A DNA stretch of 64,000 bases. It comes from the human T2T-CHM13v2.0 reference genome, Homo sapiens. Within the stretch, counting starts at the first letter, position 1. Each line of letters begins with the position of its first letter. The translations under genes and the position numbers were made by a program. The stretch lies in NCBI RefSeq assembly GCF_009914755.1, contig NC_060935.1, one strand, 5' to 3'. Below are positions 55,072 through 64,000 of this stretch, in pieces. The notes below the pieces were generated by a model, which was given only the letters and a program-made list of their open reading frames with translations, ran no database searches and was not told the origin of the DNA.

Positions 55072-55849
55072 AATTTCTGGATTGATCCAGAATTGCTATC
55101 TTGCTACTTTATAAAAGTGAATGAACAAGATGGTGAGGATATTGAGGCTATGGAAGGAAATTCATGTGACATTTATGATTGATGAGAAAGATACTATCAT
55201 TGTCATAGTTGATGAAACTGAAACTAAGTGAGTAATTTGTCCAAGGTTTCACAGCTACTGAATAACAGAGCTACTGAGTAACAAGGCAGGACTCAGTCAC
55301 TGAAATAAAAAATTCAGAAACTTTGCTCTTTTGATCACTGGTCATCAAACAACCCTAAGGATTTCCTTTGCTCCTCAGAGAGGATGCCACATCTCCACGT
55401 GAGAAATATAGAGCTTCTGTTCCTCCATTCACAAGGCTTCACCTGGAACAGCAACAAGTTGGTGGTAGAAACAAACAAAGATAATGGAGACAGGCACAGA
55501 GGCCATTTATTTAGGGTTTGCCATGACAAGATGGTTAGCCACTTTTTCTAAACATTAGTGGTAGATGAAAGAGTTGAAGAAATTAAGAGTGAAGGCTAAG
55601 TTTAGAGTTTAGCAACTGGCTTGATAATGGTGCAATTTAATGTGGAAAACAATAGTATTAAGGAATAGAGGAGGTAACTTATTGGTTTAATTAAAAAATA
55701 ATTAAAAACTGATGCATTACACTACATTACCTATAGACATGCCTAGTTGTATCAGGATGCCTAAGTGGTTTTAGAATTACTGTTTTATTGATTTTGACCT
55801 TTCTGTTTTCTTTATCTTTTTCAATGTTGCCAGTGTCCAGGTTATCATT

Positions 55850-55876
55850 AACATTTGTTTTGTCATTTTGTGACAG
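55850..55876 (+). promoter_or_regulatory. Likely splice acceptor of the pseudogene coding exon
   Basis: tttgttttgtcattttgtgacAG|ctcc, ending 28 nt before the ATG. Confidence 0.55.
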
Positions 55877-55904
55877 CTCCAGAAATCCAGAAGCACTGCA
55901 GATA

Positions 55905-56837
55905 ATGGAGCTGGAGAATGGCACTGTGAAGACTGGGTTCTTTCTCCTGGGATTCAGCGACCATCTGGAACTTCAGAGTCTCCTTTTTGCAGAATTTTTT
56001 TCCATCTACTCTGTTACTCTGATGGGGAACCTTGGAATGATTTTATTAATCACAATCAGTTCCCACTTGCACACTCCTATGTACTTTTTCCTCTGTGTGT
56101 TGTCCTTCATAGATGCATGCTACTCTTCTGTCATTGCTCCCAAATTACTTGTGAACTTGGTTTCTGAAAAGAAGACCATTTCTTACAATGGCTGTGTTGC
56201 ACAGTTATATTTCTTCTGCTCTTTAGTTGACACAGAATCTTTCCTCTTGGCTGCCATGGCTTAAGACCGGTACATAGCAATCTGTAACCCGCTGCTCTAT
56301 ACAGTGATTATGTCCAAGAAGGTTTGTTGCCAGCTTGCAATTGGAGCATTTTTGGGGGGCACTATGAGCTCAATTATTCATACCACGAACACTTTCCATC
56401 TGTCATTCTGCTCCAGAGATATTAACCATTTCTTTTGTGATATCTCCCCACTCTTCTCTCTGTCCTGCACTGACACATACATGCATGACATCATTCTGGT
56501 GGTCTTTGCCAGTTTTGTGGAAGCAATCTGTCTTCTATCAGTTCTCCTTTCTTATGTCTTCATTATGGCAGCTATTCTTAGAACAGGTTCTGTGGAGGGA
56601 AGAAGAAGAGGGTTCTCCACTTGTGCTTCCCACCTGACTGTGGTCACTATGTATCATGGTACCTTGATCTTCATTTATTTGCGCCCCAGCACTGGCCATT
56701 CACTGGATATTGACAAAGTGACCTCTGTGTTCTATACTTTGATTATACCTATGTTGAACCCTCTAATTTACAGTCTAAGGAACAAAGATGTCAAAAATGC
56801 TTTTAGAAAAGTGATTGGCCGAAAATTACTTCCTTAA
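55905..56837 (+). pseudogene. OR9M1P: Olfactory receptor pseudogene with a single premature stop (TAA at 56262-56264, Tyr120 of MAYDRY)
   Basis: ATG at 55905 (MELENGT). The two ORF-track fragments are in the same frame, separated only by GCT-TAA-GAC-CGG-TAC. Other OR motifs are intact and the terminal TAA ends at 56837. Pseudogene status is direct; the symbol comes from recalled gene order and is less certain. Confidence 0.85.
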
Positions 56838-57127
56838 GGTGAAACTGGGCCTGACATCATTTCAACAATACCTGCTCTTTGACTTGGTTCTAACTGTTGG
56901 AAAAGTCAGTTTAATATGAATGTTCTCCATATCTATGGGTAACGAATCTTCACCCACAGAATAGGGTGAAAGCCTGACCTTAGAGTATGGCTCTCTCATA
57001 TCATTTATATTACGTCTATTATTTTAAAGTTGAAATTTTTAATATTTACTTCAGGGGAAGATTTACCTTACATTTAATTTCCTGTATCTCATATTTTTAC
57101 TTTCTTTCTCTTTTCACCACAAACTTT

Positions 57128-60100
57128 TGAGACAGCCATGTGGGAACAGCTCCCGGCCAAAAATCTAATCGGCCTAGGTACTGGGACAACTGCGCACTGA
57201 GCTGGAGCCACAGAAGTTCAAAGTGTTTGCGGTGGGGAGGAGCCTGGCCCCTCCTCTTCCTGGGTGGAATCTGGAATTCAATCTGTGAAGTGGGAAGCCT
57301 ACATTAGAATGAACTCTAGCCTTGCATAGAGTCCCTGTTACCCCCTCTTTCTCTTTTTGCACAATAAATCCCATTATGAGCACCCTTCAAATAATCTGCA
57401 AGCCTAGTTTTTCATGGCCGTGTCATAAGGACCCAGCTCTTAGCTGAACTAAGGAAAAAGTCCCGCAACATTCTTGGTGCACAATATAGGGGCTTGATAA
57501 GCAATGAGTGAAATGGGGACTCAAAACCTCTCACTGTCCTTTCTAAGGCTTTTCATCCTTGGACTTCTGAAAGAGGGGAAACTGTGCCCCCACCCGCATG
57601 GCTCCTGGGAGTCAGGAAATTTGGCCTCGGCTCCAGGCTCCAGGTCCTTTTCCTTTCTTTTTCTGGACGACCTGCAACAGTGGCTCCCCACTTTCCTCGC
57701 TACTCTCTCCTCCCTGCCAGGGACTGGGATGCATGGGCCAAGGGCCCTGCACTGCTGTTTCCCCCAGGCACTGGGGTTCAACTCCATTGGACAGCAATTA
57801 AGCATAAGCTTCTCTCCCTGGTGGAGGAACATCTTGCAAGAGAATAAGAGTTTTTTTCCTCAGGCATTTTTGAACTGTCTTTTCTTCCCTCTTCTCCTCC
57901 CATCAGCAGTTAACTTTGAAAGTTTTTTTTTTTTTTCTTTTAGAAGATGTTTTGCTAGGCTAGGAATGATAATGATCCCTGTGTATATTCTCTATAAGTT
58001 TTGGTTGTGAAAAGGATCTTGTGGGGACTGGATTTTCTTCTGCCTGTCTATGTTTGTGTTGTGTTGTGATGTCTGTAAAAAGAGCTCTAATTAATTTGGC
58101 CTAAAGGAAGACACGGGCTTGGATCAAATATTTTTTAAAGGGAAGATAAAAGCTGTGGTACCTTTCAGTTCATGTGACTTTAATCTTTGAGAAATACAAA
58201 CAGCCTTAAAGATTATTGGTAAAGTGCAGGTGGCATTAAAATATAAATAGGTGGGCTAAATTATGCCGGTCAGATGCAAGCTTTGATAAGTGTTTTGAGG
58301 TTATAAACTGCTTTTTGCATTTTGAGAACTATTTAACTTGCCAGCTTCACATTGGTAAGGCCTGGGGACAGATGGAACTAACTCAGCCCTTAATAATGCT
58401 GGGAATCAAAACTTGGCTGCCCTTAGCACACAATTAAAACAACTTACCAGGTTTTACATTAAATTTAAAAATTGCTAGGAGTTACCATTATAACATGTCA
58501 CTGAGACTATTGGAAATAAATTTACATACAAGGTATGTAAGAACGGTAAAATGTATTTTTTAGTAAAAGGTTATAAAAAGCATGGAAATGTAAATTTTTG
58601 TCTAGGGTTAAAGGATTGCTTTAAATTGGATAAGGTAAAGCTGAAGTTTCAAATAAGTGGTGGAAAGATTATGGAAATTAACCTCGCAGAAGAGGGTCTC
58701 TGTGTGAACATATTAACCTAAATTCAAAAGGGTATTACATGGTTTTTCTGTAAATTGAGCATTGAAATAAAAGCACAACAAGGTATTCTTAAGGCAACAA
58801 GGTATTCTTAAGGTTCTCTGTGTGAACATACTAACTAAATTCAAAAGGCTACTACATGGTTTTTATGTAAATTGAGCATTGAAATAAAAGCACAACAAGG
58901 TATTCCTAAGGCACTAACGTACTCTTAAGGAAAATTTGTAAAGGTGTATAAAAGGTTTTTGCTTCTTTAAAATTTCTGAGTCATCATTTTGGCAAAATAA
59001 ATAACGTATGGTAATCTGGAATTCTATTTCATAACATAAAGTGTTTTAAACCTCAAATATATAACAGCCTTCCCAAAATCAAACTTCAGTTTCAAAATTG
59101 TCTTTCCTGACACCTGGTTTTTCAGATACTTCAGAGGTCCCCTGGAGTGTCCAGAAAAGGGAGGTAAACAGGGTTATTTGACATGTTTAGGTACATGGGA
59201 TTGTCAAAATGATGTTCAGTCTCCTTTAGGTTTTATTTTTGTGAACAATGCTAATATATGTTCCAAAATTGTAGGAGATTTCTAAAATTCTAATGTTTGA
59301 GTATATGCTGTCAATCATAATTAAGGTTGTTAAGTTATTGTAAATGAGATATATCACCAAACTTCTTTGTCAATCATGTTTCTAACTGTAACTACCCTGG
59401 ACATTTTGCTATTCACAGACTACTGTTGTCTTATTTTAATCCTTTTCAAAAGATGGTTTATAATAAGCTATAGAACTCTGACAAGTTCTCATGCTCTCAA
59501 ATATAAGTTTCTGATGACTTTGGAGATTGTGATATTGGAGTAATAGAACATGTACAGGATTCATGAAGAGCTGAAATGTTCATGAACATCAGGCAAAACA
59601 AGAGTTAACTAAATGGACTGAACTCAGAAAATTGAAACAATCTTTTAACCTTGCTTAGAACATTGCTGATTATGTTTTGTTTTTCAGAGTCAAGGAAACT
59701 TATTTTGAACTATTTATGACTTTTAATAATTGAGTAAGGTATATATATCCTGTGATCAAGATTTGGAGCATGTTTGTTTCTCTCTGCCTGGTTCCTCTAG
59801 AATTTGGAAACTATCTCTGAGTATTCTTAACTTATGGCAATATAGTTGCATCAGTGCAATAATAACCCAATATTTTTTAGAAAGCGGACACAATTGGAGA
59901 AAGTGGTTATTTTACCAAGGCTTTGACTGGAAGGGTATGCTTCCCTTTAAAGAGTCAATCTCGACTTACAGAGCTGGTAAAAGCCCCATTTTAGACTGGC
60001 CCCATAAACCCATCTACACAGTCCCTGTACAGAGTCCATGACCTGTGGTCAGTAGAGAATGTCACTTTCTAACAAGCCTAGGAGCTACAAGTTTTTCTTG

Positions 60101-60425
60101 GGACTTTAAGAGAAGAGGATCACCCAACTCACAAGTATTTGAGGATAGAAACTCATGGCTGAGCTCTACTTTAAAAGGTCTTATCCGAGATTCCTTGTGG
60201 AACAGAGTTCCATCAGAGCCAATCCAAAAGGCCTATGTAGAAACAATTATTCTTGCTGTACTTTGTGCAAATTATCAGGCCAAGAACAAGACTAAAGTCT
60301 ATTTTGCAAACAACTCAGTACTACCATAATTTGTTTTTTTAACAAAAAGGATGACTGGATAGAGAGAGAAACTATGTTCCAAACTTATCATACATTTGTC
60401 TTTAAATTCTAAACTTATTAGTTGT
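57128..60425 (+). mobile_element. MER61-type ERV1: 5' LTR (57128-57470) plus truncated non-coding internal region; no 3' LTR seen
   Basis: tgagacagcca...ggggaggagcctggcccctcctcttcctgggtggaa...tagctgaactaagg...caaca. It is followed by a decayed tRNA-Lys-like PBS (tggtgcacaatataggggc) and MER4-group-like internal sequence. Confidence 0.8.
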
Positions 60426-60429
60426 TCAT

Positions 60430-61295
60430 TAAGAAGATTCAACCATGAAGACCCAGAAACAGTGTCAACCTGTGACTGAGCTTCATCAGAATGACAGAGA
60501 ATGCTTCTCCATCCTCATCGCCACCCCCAACTAGGCAAAAAATTGTTGAGTAACAGGTCAAAGCAGTGCCTTCTGGGGGACTGCGCGGAATTTGGAGTGA
60601 AACTTAAAGTTGAAGATACAGCAGATGCTGAGAAAAGCTGCTGAACCAGTCCCATCCGAAACACAGAGTAATGCTAGATGAGCAGGAAACCTATGGTGCA
60701 CTGGAATTAACTCTAAGAAGAACAAGTCTCAAAACCAAATCAACTCCTGACTAGATGGATTCAACCTTCTCCCTCAAAACACACACATACAGCCTAGTAA
60801 AAGGGAACACATGCGGGTTTTGCTTTCTATATGTCTACTCTACATAGTTCACTTTTTGAGTAAAACTTACCAGACATATATAGAAACAGAAAAGATACAT
60901 AAAGAAAACACTGTTAAGAGAAAAAGCAGTTAATAAAGCCAGATTCAAATGTGGCAGAGGTGTTGGAATTATCTTTCAAGTAGATCTCATGGGTACCGTT
61001 CTAGATGCCCTTAGTAGGGTATAAAGCCTCTTTATTTTTTTTATTATACTTATGTGACAAGATCTTCCTTTTATCCTCTTATGTAAAAGGTATTTCCAAT
61101 CCATATTCAACTCTGTATTGGCAATCACATTTTTTGACACTTTACATATATTAGTCCACTGTCTTATACTTACATTTATGATTATGGAGCAGTCTGTTGT
61201 CATTCTATTAAGTGTTCCCTCAAAATGAAACAGTTTATTTTGGCTGCTTTTAAGAGATTCTTCATCTTTGGTGGTGGTTTCAAGCTTAAACACAT
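60430..61295. mobile_element. Ancient L1M fragments (sense 5' piece, then an antisense ORF1-like piece at 60976-61293)
   Basis: The minus-strand peptide resembles degenerate ORF1 (RMTTDCS...RQWTNICKV). Confidence 0.5.
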
Positions 61296-61995
61296 CATAA
61301 TGAATCAGCCAACAAAGACAGAGAAATACTAAAAATCAGCCAAAATATATTGTTTTACACATTCAAAACAAAGTAAATTTATGTTTTATACATCCCAAAT
61401 GGGGATTGTTTGGCTTCCTGAATTCAATTCATTTGCTTACTCTGAAAAAATTATCAAACATTCTACCCTTGAATATATACTCTCCTCATCTTCTCTACTT
61501 AGCTCTACTGTGTGCTACAGCCAATCACACATTATGCTGTTTATAAAGGACATACAGGATACTCTCATCCTCCTTATGTCACTATCACTCTCCTAGTTTA
61601 CCTCTATTTGTCCATCTGTGAAGCCTTCATGACATATCTTTATATCTATTATCCAATTCACACTTTCTGCAGCTTCATTTCACTTGCTACACAAAGTTTT
61701 CACTAAACAGCAAATTTTACTTATTTCACTAATATAAATTAGAATTTATATGGTAAAAGAATTTCTTAAATGACTGCCAAATGTGAAAAAATTCATGTAT
61801 ATATTATATATATTTACATATGTATGTGTTATATAGACATACACAAAATTGCTATTGGTAACGGCCATTTTCACAGGAGTCTATACTGAAGATTTTATTT
61901 TTCCTAAAAGATATAATATTTCCTTAAAGATATTCTGTTTCTTAATTTATAATAAAGATAATTCTTATGCTTTTATCAACAATATAAATTAATAG

Positions 61996-62110
61996 GCTGG
62001 GTGCAGTGGCTCACGTCTGTAATTTCGGCTCTGTGAGAAAATGAGGCAAAAGAGTCACTTGAGCCTAGCAGTTTAAGGCTGCTGTGAGCTGTGATTGCAC
62101 CACTGCACTT
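61996..62110 (+). mobile_element. Alu monomer (FLAM-like), 3'-truncated
   Basis: ggctgggtgcagtggctcac...gtgagctgtgattgcaccactgcact. Confidence 0.8.
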
Positions 62111-63619
62111 TTATAATATATAAAATATATTATATATATAAATTGACAGTAATACATTAAAACCTGAAATCAAGCTTTGAAAGCAACAGCAAAGTGCATT
62201 TCCAGTCTATTTCAGTGACTATTAGAATTAAAGCCAACTTCAGGCAAAACATTTCCAAAAACATAAGAAAAAAAAAAAAAAAAAGAAAAAGGAGAAAAAC
62301 TATTCCAGACTTTTGAAGACATTTATTAAAATCATAAATTGATGGTATCTTCTTTCTCATCTTTTGATGAGTAAAATATTAAAGGACTCCAAAAATTATC
62401 TACAAATTTGGCACTTGAGGGTTCATTTGTTGTAAACTCAGTGGTTCTTGATAAGAGGGAGTTCAAAGTTTGTTTATGGAGATTAGCCAAGGTGTTGAAT
62501 CAATCATTTCCTCTCTTCTGGTGAAACCTAATCAAGAACCCTAATGGCTATCCTAAACTCCAAGAAATGTACAACCTGTTGGAAATGGCTGTGATTTTTC
62601 AGAGATTCAATATAAAGAGGTACAAGTAGCCAAGTTCATTCTTTTCTGGGACACACAGAGTGGCTTTGGAACTGGCTGTGAAGATGTCTGAAAGCTACTA
62701 CCACTATATGGTGGGGCCCTGATCCCTGATCAGACTTTATAGTGTTACTTCTACAGCAAGTTTCAGTGAGACCATAAGTATATTTCTAGGGTGAGAACAC
62801 AACTAACAGAGGAGGAGTTCCTGCTACTTTTCCAATCCAAAACAGACTGCCCTATGTTTAATTTTTCAACAAACTGAGCTTCTTTCTATAAGTGATGTCA
62901 TTTGCTTACTTAGTAAAAATGTTTTTACTCTTATTTTGTCATCCTGTCTTCCTACATACTTGTGAAACACAGTGAAGATTAATTTTACTTGTATCATTTA
63001 TGTATTCCTTAGTTGTTCCTATGTATTCTAAGAACACAGAAAATAGTTTTCAGATATCTTGCAATTTCATACTTGTTGTATATCCTAAATTTTATTGAGA
63101 ATATTTTATTTTATATGTTGTACACAAATGTAATACCCTCTGTTCTAAAGTTGGCACATAAATATATGCACAAGACAGAATATTCTATAATATACAACTT
63201 AGGTAATGTGTTGAATAATTTGAGGATAATATTGTTTTAGAGTATAGTAAATGCCTCTTCAGCATTTCTGGGTAAAATCTGATCAAATCTCACAATATTC
63301 AGTAAATAAATGATGGTTATTTAGAAATCATTTTGCAGTGGTGGATTGTGATTGAGATTTTTTGAAATACTTTAAAGGAGAAAATTATGACATCTAAATG
63401 AAACAATAAGAGCAAAATTGCAGTTAAATACCATTTCCTAAACCAATCACTTTTTTTCTTTTGTACTGAATCAATCTTTTCTAATCCAATCACAATGAGC
63501 ATTAAGAATGGTTTTCAGAGTATTCAGGACCCATCATCTAATGGTATAAATTGGTCCTAATTTCATACGCTTAAACCTGAAGTTTTTTGGAGTAAAGTCA
63601 AAACTCAACAAAACTGAGG

Positions 63620-63954
63620 TTTCTTTTCTTTTCTTTTCTTTTCTTTTCTTTTTTCTTTCTTCCTTTTTTCTCTCTCTTTCTCTCTCTCTCTTTCTTTCTT
63701 TCTTCTTGCTTTATTGTCCAGGCTGAAGAGCAGTGGCTCAATCTCAGCTGACTGCAACTTCAAGGTTCAAGCAATTCTCCTGCCCAGTCTCCTGTTTCTG
63801 GGATTACAGGTATGTGCCACCACTCCTGGCTGATTTTTGTGTTTTTAGTAGAGACAGGGTTTCCCCATATTGGCCAGGCTGGTCTCCAACCTGATCTACC
63901 AGCCTTGGCATCCCAAAGTGCTGGGATTACAGGTGTGAATCATCACACCTGGCC
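63620..63954 (-). mobile_element. AluS-type element with a (TTTTC)n/(TC)n tail and small internal deletions
   Basis: Alu body at ~63710-63954 and pyrimidine repeat tail at 63620-63710. Confidence 0.88.
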
Positions 63955-64000
63955 TCTCTGAGGTTCATTTTTCTATGCAAAAGAAAATGGTAGGATGAGG

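Noticed and set aside
55788-55904. N-terminal extension of the 158-aa ORF, and the separate 177-aa ORF at 56304
   Set aside because: Both use non-ATG starts. They are parts of one OR frame split by the TAA at 56262.
57504-58010. Overlapping ORFs after the MER61 LTR
   Set aside because: This is a GC-rich ERV leader with no recognisable gag, pol or env motifs.

Overview
Human genomic DNA, identified by a human-specific AluYb8. It comes from a class II olfactory receptor (OR) cluster whose proteins and gene order match my recollection of chr11q11-q12.1. The + strand carries four intact single-exon OR ORFs (OR5L1, OR5D18, OR5L2, OR5D16) and one OR pseudogene with a single in-frame stop (probably OR9M1P). 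The intergenic DNA is AT-rich and repeat-dense (L1, Alu, THE1, LTR3, MER61, MER20/53/82, MIR, L2). The main structure not explained by the gene list is an old tandem duplication of an [OR5D + OR5L] cassette: copy A ~2090-13812 and copy B ~16790-29525. Copy A lost its whole OR5D coding exon in a clean ~3.04 kb deletion with TTC microhomology at 4945-4947. It kept the OR5D-type upstream block, which has HD and O/E-like motifs, a TATA-like box and a conserved splice donor. That orphan block now faces OR5L1 and is a candidate captured second promoter (inference). Other points: gene-conversion tracts between paralogues, a conserved strong-Kozak uORF before both OR5L genes, motif-breaking substitutions in intact ORs, a twin-primed L1, a short L1 3' transduction and a tightly spaced inverted Alu pair. 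All alignments were done by eye and repeat subfamily names are from recalled consensus sequences.
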